64,000 bases of DNA from Paragordius varius (taxonomy: Eukaryota > Animalia > Nematomorpha): contig OZ176059.1 in assembly GCA_964247055.1 (NCBI GenBank), forward strand, positions 930,001 to 994,000, written 5' to 3'. Below are positions 25,396-36,368 of this stretch, piece after piece. The notes under the pieces were generated by a model. The model ran no database searches. It saw only the letters and a list, made by a program, of their open reading frames with translations, and was not told where the DNA came from. Within the stretch, counting starts at the first letter, position 1; every line of letters starts with the position of its first letter. The translations under genes and the position numbers were made by a program.

Positions 25396-26353
25396 ATTGA
25401 AATATTTTCTGCCGGAGTTGATGGAAAGTTTAAAAACAAAAACTCTGCCCATGGTAACTTTACAAATTGCATATTATTATATTATGTTTTATTTGATTTT
25501 TAAATCAACAAAAATACCATTTAAAAGAATGAAATACGGCTTAAAAAATATGTTTCACAAATTATTCACATCCATTATTAATATTTTGTGTAATTTTAAA
25601 TTATCTATCTTATTATGTGATTGAAAAAAACATATAAAAAAATACATGAAAACCTATATTGGTAAAATCTTTAGAATCATGACCCCCTTCCCTTTTTTCA
25701 AAAAAATATCATTTTTTCTCATACAAAAAATGTTTAAAATATATATAGATTCATTTACAATAGAAATTAAAATTATAAGGACTAAACTTAATTGAATGGC
25801 GCGTTAAGAAATAGAGATGTATGGTAATTTATGTTACAGTAAAAACTGAAATTATACGGACAAAACCTAATAATATAAAGACAAATATTTTTTAAAAAGA
25901 CAACCATACTTTTAGATTTTTTTCAATATATCTCATTGTTTTTAATGGCAAAGTCTGAAATAGAGAAATATAGTACTAACATAATCAATTCTATATTTTA
26001 CTAACTAAATAGCTTATATGAGAAAAATTAAGGTTTTTTAAAAAGAATGGTTGTAGATAAAAATGTTTATCTTTATATTTTTACGTTTTTTCCTTATTCA
26101 ATTTTTACTCTGTATATTTCGCCATTATTGTAATCACAAAAATTAGATAGAAAAACGTTAAAAATGTCACTTTATATAAAAAAATCGATTACTTATATTT
26201 TATCTCATGTTAGGTCGACTACATCATACATTTCGATCCAATTTGTTGAATTCCATTACATCTGTCAATGTTTTTCATCCAAAACTTCCCTTATTAGCGG
26301 GTGGGAATTCTAGCGGACGAGTTTTTATTTTTTCGCCTCCAATGTCATCATGA
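14438..26353 (+). CDS. WDR76: WD repeat-containing protein 76 (Cmr1/DDB2-related), 13 exons, ~776 aa
   Basis: Exons 14438-14533, 14557-14621, 14655-14775, 15095-15352, 16895-17010, 17945-18122, 18789-19085, 20805-20953, 22159-22263, 22645-23289, 24942-25044, 25396-25453, 26214-26353. All junctions are GT-AG and phase-consistent (2331 nt). Family motifs: NYELQRQKNIEEKLNYLKSLGI, RRSNRLRRK, VPERIYSMCWYP...VGDKNGHIGLW, FSPANPNQLFSGSYDGSVR, HDNNTGRWLTTFKGVW, GSMQYPRRIEIF, FHPKLPLLAGGNSSGRVFIF. Confidence 0.9.
15384..15898. mobile_element. Foldback MITE family B (21-bp unit TTCAAGGACCAACTTGAAATG), copy 1
   Basis: Starts TATACCATTTG and ends CAAATGGTATA. The right arm has ~7-8 tandem 21-mers (15715-15880). 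The internal sequence is homologous to 57155-57720. Confidence 0.75.
16011..16222. mobile_element. Hairpin MITE (family D), second copy at 57951-58105
   Basis: Long inverted arms (GCTTATTTCACA...TTTGCAACACAGTA / TACTGTGTTACAAA...TGTGAAATAAGC). Both copies share the tail AAGCAACCATT.AATGCCTA. Confidence 0.7.
17029..17301. mobile_element. Foldback MITE family A (21-bp unit TTCACCCTCGAACAATTCAAA), copy A1
   Basis: TATACCATTTACAGTTCAAATTCACCC...AATTTGAACTGTAAACGGTATA flanking the conserved ~200-bp AT-rich core. Confidence 0.85.
17663..17886. mobile_element. Foldback MITE family A, copy A2, embedded in a (TA)n tract
   Basis: Same TIRs, with (TA)~22 on both sides (17623-17666 and 17882-17926). 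Confidence 0.85.
19350..19581. mobile_element. Foldback MITE family A, copy A3 (diverged, core reversed)
   Basis: TATATCATTTACAGTTCACATTCATCC...TAAATTGTAAATGGTATA. Confidence 0.75.
20125..20616. mobile_element. Two adjacent family A MITEs (A4 20125-~20366 with truncated right arm; A5 20367-20616)
   Basis: Two TATACCATTTACAATTCAAA starts (20125, 20367) and one complete right end, AACTGTAAATGGTATA, at 20616. Confidence 0.8.
20981..21510. mobile_element. Foldback MITE family A, copy A6, left arm expanded to ~15 units
   Basis: TIR termini are intact. The 21-bp array at 20990-21312 explains the spurious ORFs 20959-21315, 21008-21253 and 21075-21278. Confidence 0.85.
22284..22567. mobile_element. 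Foldback MITE family A, copy A7, right end lost into (TA)n
   Basis: Left TIR and core are intact. The right-arm units run directly into the TA tract 22568-22631. Confidence 0.8.
22568..22631. repeat. (TA)n microsatellite (representative; others near 1203, 3968, 17623, 17882, 23908, 25052, 25350, 31989, 45494, 51464, 58815)
   Basis: Directly visible dinucleotide runs. Confidence 0.95.
23307..23538. mobile_element. ~230-bp near-perfect palindrome (MITE with (T)ACAGT termini)
   Basis: ACAGTCATGTATCCTTTATTTTATC...TTCGTTAAATGGGTATA...AAGAATGGAAAAAA pairs with TTTTTCCATTCTT...TATACCCATTTAACGAA...GATAAAATAAAGCATACATGACTGT. Arms are ~100 bp. Confidence 0.8.
24270..24647. mobile_element. Foldback MITE family A, copy A8 (~4 units left, ~5 right)
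   Basis: Both TIR termini are present and both arms are multimeric. Confidence 0.85.
24709..24860 (+). mobile_element. tRNA-derived SINE-like element / tRNA pseudogene (Lys-CTT-like head)
   Basis: Pol III A-box-like TGGTATAGTAGG and B-box GAGTTCGAACCC. GGTAGGGCGTCGGACTCTTA resembles tRNA-Lys(CTT), but the acceptor and anticodon stems do not pair. A relatively GC-rich body follows. Confidence 0.6.
25835..26114. mobile_element. Tc1/mariner-type MITE (family C), best copy; relatives near 16290-16585, 27420-27500, 27990-28090, 28470-28540, 41650-41930, 47070-47364, 47670-47740, 48055-48130, 50570-50640
   Basis: TA|CAGTAAAAA(C/T)TGAAATTATACGGACAAAA...AAAAGACAACCATACTTT arms of ~85 bp, inverted at the other end. 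TA+CAGT termini are typical of Tc1/mariner. Confidence 0.7.
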
Positions 26354-26453
26354 TATTATGTTTTTATGTTTGTGTGAAATAAAGAAAAAAAAATAAGTGT
26401 TTGTTACGAAATTTATTAAATAAATACTAATAATATCAGATTATTTAATAATC

Positions 26454-26724
26454 TATACCATTTACACATCAAATTCACCCTCGAACAATGTAAATTCACC
26501 CTCGAATTCTTCTCCCCAATATAAATTATCTGGTTTTTAAAATTAAAAATACCTGTATTTTTATATATTTTTAAATGAAATTTTGTTTAAAATTATACGA
26601 AAAATCAATATACTAAGCCATAAAGATATATTTTATATTAATAATGAATTATATTAGCTCGGAAACACATAATTTTTTAGGGTAATTTTGAATTGTAAGG
26701 GTTTTTTGAATTTTAAATGGTATA
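26454..26724. mobile_element. Foldback MITE family A, copy A9, just 3' of WDR76
   Basis: TATACCATTTACACATCAAATTCACCC...TTTTAAATGGTATA, core reversed. Confidence 0.8.
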
Positions 26725-29138
26725 TATAAGTGCATACTCCCATAATGTAATTTTTTTAAATGGATTTCCATTTTTCCGATTTTAAATAATGTTTTATTTA
26801 TATTATCCTACTTTTTGGATATTTATGAGCCATGAGCCAAAAAAATGATACAAAAAATTAATTAAGTATTTCTACCACAATAATAATAGATATTATATAC
26901 TATTAAATAAATTTTAATATTAAAACAAAAGTAGATTCTTAATTTTATTTTTGAAAAGATCATACGGATAATGTAGCAATTTTTTCCCATAATTAAGTTT
27001 TTGTGAAAAAAGTCTCATCTCCTAAAAAGTTATTGTTTGATATCATTGAAATAAAGTATGTTTTAGGAATAAAACTGAGTCCAATATCGGATATAAAAAT
27101 CAATATTAATATAAAATCCATTCGATCAATTAGTTTAGTATTATTATAAAATATTTGTATCAAAAAGGAACCCAGGGTAAAATTAAATGGTTTAATTATT
27201 CGAGCATAATAAAATAAAATGCAATTAAAATTGAAAATACAGACAAAATGTAAAAACATAAAACAAATATATTTTTTCTAAAACCCACTACACATTTTTA
27301 AACCTTAATTTTTACCACATAAAAACTATATAATTACAATTAATAATTAAGAGTTTTCTTTATCTATTGTATTGCAATCTAAAATTTCAAGCACTATTTA
27401 ATCAATCAAGTTTTATGAAAAATATGGTTGTCTTTAAAAAAATATTTGTCATTTAATTTTTACGAATTATCTGTATAATTTTAATTTTTACTGTATGTGG
27501 TATAATTTTGAATGTCAAAAAAATACTTTTTCATGAAATGACTATTTGTATAAATTTCACGCATTCTTAAACAACATGTAGGCAATGTTTGTATATTTAG
27601 TCAAGGACTCTGCTTAAGGGGTAGAGGGCTAAAGAACATTTTAATTTTAAAATATTTCTCCGTAATTGGGACTTATAAACTGTATATACATATATGCGAT
27701 AGTTGAATGAGATTTATTTGTTTACCAAATATGTTTCAATATGACACGATTATGTTTTTGATACGTAAATATGAAATTAAAATAATCTATTATAGCTAAT
27801 AAATATAACTGTAAAAATAGAAATACAGTAATGTAATAAACACAATGAAAATTATTTTTGTTTCCAAAGAATGATCTACATCTACAACTTGGTTTTTTTA
27901 TTATAACTTTTATTTATATGCACGAAATAGAGATTTATATCGGTGTTACAATCAGTTGAATATCTTACAATTGCTAGATAGTGGTTTATATAGGAAAATA
28001 CGGTGTAAAATGTATGGTTGTCTTTGAAAAATTATTTATCTTTTGGGTTTTACCTGTTGCCCTATATCTTCAATTTTTACTGTAATATTTATTTCCGCAA
28101 CACATTATAATAAATAAATTAAGTTGTGCATTTTAGTTTATTAATTATTTTGCCTTTGGTCATGTGAATTTTTATATGAAGCGATGCGTATTATCATCCA
28201 AATTATAAAGCAACGGCTCTAATATTTTCACAGGTAATATTTTTATAGTTTAGTTTGAAACTATCATATACTAGTTTACATAACATTGATTTTGGGTTAT
28301 ATATTAATACTTTTATGTTGATGTCATAACAAAATTTTTGATAATCGCCTATTAAGTGCACATTATTAATTTTAAATGCTTATCAGCGCAATCATTTCAA
28401 TACTCTAACGTTTGTTATTCCATATTAGCTTTCCTTGTTCAGTTGTGGGTGATTATACTTAGTAAAAATTAAAAGTAAACAGACAAAACGTAAAAACTAA
28501 CAGGCAAACATTTTTTTCCAAAGACAACCATACTTTTAAAATCTTATTTTTTTTAATAAATCTCATCTGCAAAATGGTTAATAGAGTTATAATTTGTTAA
28601 TTAAGCTACTCTACATGTTTGGAGATTGCATATTTTGTTAGAAACAGAAATTCCTTTGTAAAATTTTATAAGCGACCCTCATATAGGCTGGTTCGGCAAT
28701 GCTTTCAATCAGATGTGTCCCCACGTGGCCCTCAGAAATATTATGTGCCGCCCGCGAAAAATTTGAACAATTATCAGATAAATACAAAATTTTATAATTT
28801 TCAAAAGCATGCTTTTTAAAAATCTTGGTATAATTGATATATATCTCTTAAACAATTCTTAATAAACTAGCAAAAATTGATAAAATAAAAATATTATTTA
28901 TTAAAATTGTAATTTTTACACAAAAGCAGTCCCCCGGATTTTATTTAGTCAAAATCGGCACGCTAAGCCATTTGTCTTAGAAACCCTCATGTATAAACAT
29001 ATCCTAATAGTAACACCACAATACCATTAAGATTTTATATAATCATGATATAATAAAACTATATTGCATTAAATCATATTTTATGTTTTAAAATTTTTTG
29101 ATTGTTTAACGCATAATTTTTTGACAATATTTGTACAG

Positions 29139-31988
29139 GATAACAAAAATTAAAAAATCAACTTATTGGGTAATCAATCCATCGCATGAAACAAATGTTC
29201 ATTTAGGCATATCTAAGGTCTTTCCTAATGATATCTTGGATATTTATGTGTGTCCCGTTTGACACTTGTCGGAAAAAGGGTATATTATTTAGTTTTTTTC
29301 AGTCATGCGAACGCAAAATTATAAAAATAGTAATAAATTCATTTTTCAGATGTTAGCAAAAATGCAAAAAAGAATATTTTAAATGCAAATAAAATGGGCG
29401 GAGAAATGAAAATGATGACAAATAGTGTTGATGAGAGGAGCAACGTAAAAAAGGATAACCATGAAAGTTTTCCAATTATACCATCATCATCAGGTGGTCC
29501 CCAACAACCTGATCTAACCTCACTAACGCAAACTCTTTTAATGAATAATAAAGGTTATAAACATATTAACATATTAACACTTGATAATGTTTTCAAAAAT
29601 ACAGAGCTGAATTGGCTGTTAAAATATATGTATTAAGATTATTATGGTGTTTGTTCTTTGTCACAAGAATTTAATTTTATATTATACAGTAAAAATTGAA
29701 ATTACACACACAAAACGAAACAACAAGCCAAATGTTTTTTTCATTCACGCTTGATTTATTTAAAGTGCATTTAGAGATGTAATTGCAACACAATAAATTA
29801 TATATTTTATGATTGTAATTAAATAATGTATATATATATATATATTAATTTAAAAAAAACCATGTGTAACTAACATTTACGATTTTTTATCTTCCATTAA
29901 CGACGTTTTAATTTAAATTAATTACTTTTATCTTTTTCAAAATTTCCGCGGTAAAACTTAAAAGTCAACTATAACTAATTTCATTCGAATCATCAAAGAT
30001 AATTAGTCATGAATATTCTCAAAAACATAATTTTTAATATGGAATAAATTCTATTTTCTTCATATAATCCAAAAAATTTTGCTAAAACGGTTTTGTATAT
30101 GAGATTTAAATTTTGTGTTCAGAAAATGTAAATATGGCCCCAATTCAGCAATATAAACCAACGGGCGGTCCACAAACTACTGCAGCGAGCAGTGAATACG
30201 AATACATTTACGAATATGAAGCCGTACCCAACGCAAAAGGACCTAACGCATTTCAAGGTTTGCTTTAGTGTTACATACAGTAAAAATGATATTCGTATAA
30301 AGCAAAACGTAAATACCAAAAGACTATACTAATGTTATTTTTATACTGTATTTTTTTATATTGATATTTTTTAGGGTTGCCAAAAAAAACGGAAATTAAA
30401 TTGATTAAAATTAAATTATATATTTACGATTGTAATATACTAGAAAAAAACGATTAAATATATTATTTTCTAATATTAGCTTCTCTGTTGTAAATGAATA
30501 TAAAAAAACCATTTTTTACATGTTGCACTTCGATTCAAATTGGGGTATCTAAATACCCTGTATATTCAAGTTGTTATTTTTTAAAACTACTGAAAGAAAC
30601 GGCACCAATTTAATTTTATGCCTCTATTTTTATTAAAATTATATAAATAAGCCGAAATATCTAAATAAAATTTATTTTTGAAAAAAAAGTTCTATATTAA
30701 ACTACTTCGACGCCATTTTTATTTTACAACATATTTCCAAAATATCATGTATATTTAATTTCAAACATAAAATTTAAGCAAATTTTTTATTTAAATCACA
30801 TCTAACAATAAAAGAAACAGCAAAATTGGTTTAATTAATGTTATTTTTAAATTTAGCTAAATCAAACATGTCATGTTGACTAATTTTATACGTTTGAGGT
30901 TTCACCTCAAAATAAGTATTTTTAAATGCATTACTTTTATATCTCGGTTCATTAATGTTTATAATTACAAACTTTCGCCATCGTTTCCATTCCTATCATA
31001 TATTTTGAAGTATTTAATTTTAAACAGGTCTGGGGTATCCAAATACCCCAATTCGAATCGAAGGACTGAAATGAATGTGTTGTATCCAAGTTTTAATTGT
31101 TAAAAACCTCAATATATGTATGATATAAAATATAGTTTATAGATTTCATTTGGTATATAGGTGTCACCGAATATGAATACGAATATGAATATTTACCCGA
31201 ATATGAATATCAAAGTATTTTATTATATTTTGTATATATTCATTAGCAACTCTTTTAAGTTGTGAGTAAAACACATATTTTGGTAGCAATTTTATTTCTA
31301 AATAATCTTGGCAGTCTATAATTTTACCCCATTATATAATTTAGCGTTGTTTATTTTACTGTATTAAATTCTAATACATTCATAAGGGATATGCTAGAAA
31401 ATTACATTACTAATACATATTTTTAATCTATAATCAAAAATGGCCCACATTTTGTAATAAAGTGTTAAAATTTTCATATTTTGCGGTTATTTTTATATTT
31501 TATGTATTATAATTTAATATATTTCAGTAGCCAATGTATTATTTCGACAACATTAACATTTTTTAGGCTTTATTTTCTATGTTGTGTTGGTTATAAATAA
31601 ACGCCCTTATTTAAAAAAATAAGAATAATTATAAAAATGGCGAGTTTTTCATTAAATGTTTCCCAATACCATATATATCAATGAAAATTATTATTGGTGA
31701 ATAGCATGATAAAAACGAAAAAATTATAACTTCAAGCCAATTATTTTTCTCTTTGCTGTGTATATGCTATTATATTTTTTAAAAAATGAAATTTTGTTTA
31801 AAATTTAAAATAATACTGAAAAAATAATAAATTATGCCATAAAGATATATTTCATATTGATAATGAGTTATATTAATTCAAAAAACTCATAATATATTTT
31901 CAGGGTGAATTTCAATTGTTCAAGGGTTTTTGAATTGTTCGAGGGTGATTTGAATTGTTTAAGGGTGAATTTGAACTGTAAATGGTAT

Positions 31989-32019
<31 letters not shown>

Positions 32020-32071
32020 CGACGAAGATCCATTATGTTATGAATACGAGTATGAGTATGACACAGCATAA
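29139..32071 (+). CDS. Uncharacterised small protein (~165-185 aa) with three (Glu-Tyr)n blocks; candidate secreted sulfotyrosine-rich protein
   Basis: Phase-consistent GT-AG exons 29350-29553, 30123-30257, 31161-31214 and 32019-32071(TAA) encode DVSKNAKK...SSSGGPQQPDLTSLTQTLLMNNK-ENVNMAPIQQYKPTGGPQTTAASSEYEYIYEYEAVPNAKGPNAFQ-GVTEYEYEYEYLPEYEYQ-NDEDPLCYEYEYEYDTA*. The candidate N-terminal exons 29139-29169 and 29207-29279 (ITKIKKSTYW-AYLRSFLMISWIFMCVPFDTCRKK; in-frame ATG 29228) are less certain. Confidence 0.72.
30526..31096. mobile_element. Non-autonomous element with palindromic subterminal inverted repeats (family E); copies also at 42605-43050, ~49670-50175, 53530-54074
   Basis: Left TTCGATTCAAATTGGGGTATCTAAATACC is the inverse of right GGTATCCAAATACCCCAATTCGAATCGAA. 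All copies share the core and a ~45-bp one-sided tail ending GTATCCAAGTGTTAA or a variant. Confidence 0.75.
31770..31988. mobile_element. Foldback MITE family A, copy A10 (left arm missing)
   Basis: Reversed core plus ~4 units ending GAACTGTAAATGGTAT, followed by (TA)n and the last acceptor of the EY gene. Confidence 0.75.
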
Positions 32072-33714
32072 CTCATCCATTATATTTTGCTTTTTTAGTT
32101 GAATGAGTTGTTTAACTACAAATATTTTTTTCCATATATATTTTTTAACTTATATTACGTACGATAAATAAATATAATTATTTCGTTATTAAAAGTGTAT
32201 ATGTATTTTTTACTAAAGATTATCATTGATAAAGTACCCACCTAATAGATTTTCTAAAATACAAAGCTAAGACTTCCTATTATAAATAATAATAGATGAT
32301 TGGCAAAAACACTTTTTCCTTAGACTTCGTCTATATATTATATAAACAGATCATTTAATAAAGTAATATTTAAGTATTTTTCAATACAGCTGGTGTTATT
32401 ACAAGCTTTCAGCGCCTTAAAAAAGAGGATTTTGGAATAAAGTTCTGGCTAAATCTCTCACATCATTTAAATAAATTTAATTATATCTGGTAAAAATGGG
32501 GAGAAACTCAATAACCCCTATCATATTTGACATTCATCAATAGATAAAATAATCTGATAATTTAGTTTTGCTTTAAAATTTGCGCTGTAAGGCATAAATT
32601 AATGCAAAATAGTTTTTTACGTGCAAGGAAATTTGAATAAAAAGAGACATTAGATAATTGTAACATAAATGATTAAACATCTGGAAAAAAAAGGTAAATG
32701 AAAATTTTAAGGCGGTCCAAAATATGTTGTAAAAAATTAATTTTGATTCGTATGTAGAAATGTAAAACGCTGAGACGAATTTCGAATGTCCTGAGTTAAG
32801 CCGCCCTCTTTGTGGAAGGAGTTTTATAAATAGCAATATCAACTAAAATGTGTTTTAAGGGTTCAAGAAAAAACGTGTAAGTTATTTCTGGTTGAATAAT
32901 GCATATTTTTTATTAAGCAATACGCTGAACATAGAGACGGTCACAATTTTGAATTAATGTTTGTATTTAACCAATCCTCTCGTAAAATGACATTTTTGGC
33001 AAAAAAAAACAAGTTTATATAATTTTTGGCAATTTTAACCCACTGTTAAAGAGATGATATAAAATTCTTAGTGATTTTATCAGTACCTAACACAAAAGCA
33101 AAAATCATAGTCCAGCTCTTTTATAGGCCGCTTGGTATGGCTCTACCTCTGTAAAATGCGCCACTAGAAGAAAATATTTAGAAACACATAAGAGCAGATT
33201 TAAAATTATTACCCTATACGGGCAAAAATTTTAGTCAAAATCTTTTCTAAAATCGTGAAAATGGTCTTTCTGTTAAATACCCACCATGAATTAATAGTCT
33301 GGCTTGTCAGCGACTATCAGTCTATTATTATATTATATGGATTCTAAAATGGCTATTATGCTTCATAAAGGCAATAGTCAAAATGGCCCATTAAATACGC
33401 AAAGATAAAAAAATAAACAGCTTTAAAGCCACTTGTTCAATAATGTATAAAATATTTCCCACAAGTGCTTATTCTATGGCTAGGGTTTCACTTGACGTTA
33501 CAAAGCTCGACATATGAAAATAACGTGACTAAAAAGCAATTGTTAGGAAATTTTTTGAGAACATATGGTTTAAATATTAATTTTAGTTATTTCGCATTTA
33601 AAAATTAGTTGAGTGTTTTTAAGAAATTAACCTGTGAGTAGAATTCCAACCTATGTATAATACGCTTCTATTTTATTGATCACTAATTGTCGACCAAGTC
33701 CACAGGGTATAGAT

Positions 33715-35071
33715 CAGTGGTACTCACCTTTAAAAATTTGAAGGGCCAAATAAAATATATTTTTTTTCGAGGGCCATGAACCTTATAATGGGAAGTATTC
33801 CATAGCTATTTGACACATATGCATATATTTATGCTCTAAATAAGCAAAATGAATTTTTTGCAGATCGCATTTAAATCTAGCTAAAAACTAGTTTTGCACC
33901 ATTTAGTTTAAAAAATTAAGAATTTTAATAATAATATTTATTTTGATATCCAATAATTTTTGACAAATTTGGTTTCGCTACATGACAGGCCAGTTTAAGC
34001 GATTTCTATATGTATTCTTGACATACTTCATTAGTGAATATGCCGCACGTGTAAGTTGAGGAACTTGAGCAAATTAAAATCATTATTAAAATATACGAAT
34101 TTTTCAATGATATGCGCCTGATAAAATCCGAAATGCCTAAATTGCTTATTAATGGATATATCCATAAGCCATGGATTTTCAACGAGTTTTAAGCAATTTT
34201 TAATATTTCTTTATTCTTGAAATGTGAATTTCATCTCATCAGATAAAAATGTTAAATGATTGTCTATTATTAAAATCTCCGCGGTAAATTCCATATTTTC
34301 TATATGAATCGTTTTAAGTGTTGGAAAATTTCTGGGAGAAAGCTATGGACATGATAGATTTTTCTTTTTAGGATAATTCCTTATTTTTATATTTCGTTTC
34401 TCTCCTCATGATTTTCTGGTGATGGATTATAAATTGTCTTAATTTGTATTTTTTTATAATTATGTTGTACTTACATATATGGCAGGTAACAACATTTTTA
34501 TTTAAAACCACAAAGATTTTTTCTTCCCATTCTTTTTTAAAGAACCGATTTTCATCGGATAATTTACGTTTTTTAGTATTAGATGTCATCCTTTGAATTT
34601 ATGTTTAAATATTATGTAAATTTTTTCAAAAAAATAAACTAATTTGAATAATCAAAAAAAGGTCGAAATTTAATTATGTTGGTTTGAATATTTTATGGGA
34701 GAGTTATAAAAAATAAGGTAGGATAACAATGAAAAGAATATGTATATGCAAGTTTGGGTGAAAGGCTTGCTTAAATACAAAAAGGAATGCAATTAAAATT
34801 TCAAAATAGAAAAGAAAATATACAGAAACAAAAACAACGTATACCAAAATTTTGAAATCATTTTAATGTAGGGAAATTATTCTACATTTCAAATTGGGTA
34901 AATAATAAAAATAAAGAAATAAATTAATATTAATTAAGTGAAAATTAGTTTATATGTATTTTAAAAATTCATAAATAAAAAAATAATTTAAGTATCAATA
35001 TGGTCATTGGGCAATTTTAAAGCACTTTTAGGGCCGCATGCGGCCCGCGGGCCGCGGTTTGAGTACCACTG
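33715..35071 (-). mobile_element. Internally deleted hAT-Buster/SPIN-type transposon, 1357 bp
   Basis: TIRs CAGTGGTACTCA / TGAGTACCACTG, subterminal GCGGCCCGCGGGCCGC, and a perfect 8-bp TSD GTATAGAT (NNNTANNN) at 33707-33714 and 35072-35079. ORF 34368-34589 (KRKLSDENRFFKKEWEEKIF...VTCHIC) resembles a Buster transposase N-terminal zinc-finger region. Confidence 0.9.
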
Positions 35072-36368
35072 GTATAGATAGTATCAAAACAATTAAGTTA
35101 TGAAAAAAATTACTTTTAACCTCTTAATATATCAAGTATCCAAAATGATTTAACACCACTAATATATATTATATAATTTATTTTATTTTATATATATATA
35201 ATAAAATAAATATCACTAACAAATAAATATAGAATAATATTTAATAATATATATATGTATGGTATTATAAATGAATGAGTCTTTATATTTATATAAATGA
35301 CATATCAAAAAGTTGATGATTTGATTTTCGTAAAATTATAACAATTATTATTTATGAAACAAATTAACAACTATCAATTGGATATTTTTTGTTAAATTTA
35401 TGAATTTTAAAAAAAATCATGAAAAGTATAATATTTCTGTTAGTGTAAAAGCATACAAACACATGACGTTGACATATGGCATTTGAAATAAAAAACCAGT
35501 CTTAACTTGTATACTAACAGTTAAAACCTAACTATATTAATGTTAAATTCAATGGTTAAGGACAAAGTTTAAATATGAGTTGAATGGATAAAAATTTTTG
35601 AGGATGAGTATAAAGGAATTGTTTTATATAAATGAAAAAAACTTACAATAAATAATAGCACTTAAGTGTTTAATAATAGCCATGACTGAATTTAACTAAA
35701 ATATATTTGTAATTTTTTATAAATTTATATATAATTTAGTCAATAAATGAAAATTATGTATTTGATATATGCGCACACATTCATCATTTGACCAGAAAAA
35801 TTTTATTCAGATTATATTATATGGGCATTGTTAATCTATTTATTTATAATAATATAAACCTGGTCTTCTTTTTTATTTCTTTACACAAAAATATATATAA
35901 AAGTAAATAATTAATAACTTAAAAAAATTTTAAAATTATATTTTGGTAGGTCAAATGTCCATTATTTTAGGATATCGACGCGAAACATAATAAAAAATAT
36001 AAAACACTGTCATATAAGCTAGATATAGATTAAAAGAAACGATCACAAATATGTTTATGTATAAAATATCACCTTGGTTTAATTTTTATATATATAGAAA
36101 TAGCTGAATAGATTTTATATAAATAATGCACTTATGTTGGTTAGGGGTGGCTGGTATTCTAAAGCACACAAGATTTAAAAAAAGCTAATATAAGTTTTTG
36201 TGGAAAAATTGTTGGGAAGGTATTTTTTCTTGTGTTGTTTGGTTCTAACTTTGGAATATGTTTTAGTATGTTAAATGCCTGGAAACGATAAAATTTCACA
36301 ATAAATAGCAATGATTAGATAGATCCCATCAAATACTGTATTATTTTGATTTTTATGGTAAATTCCTA

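Noticed and set aside
28387-28461. Alternative hydrophobic exon (QSFQYSNVCYSILAFLVQLWVIIL), phase-compatible with the EY gene
   Set aside because: No convincing upstream ATG exon was found. It is kept only as a secondary candidate for the N-terminus.
29140-29262. Frame reading KSTYWVINPS...VFPNDILDIYVCPV resembling the ephrin NDxLDIxCP motif
   Set aside because: It hits TGA immediately and I found no further ephrin-like exons. Another frame of the same DNA splices cleanly into the EY gene.
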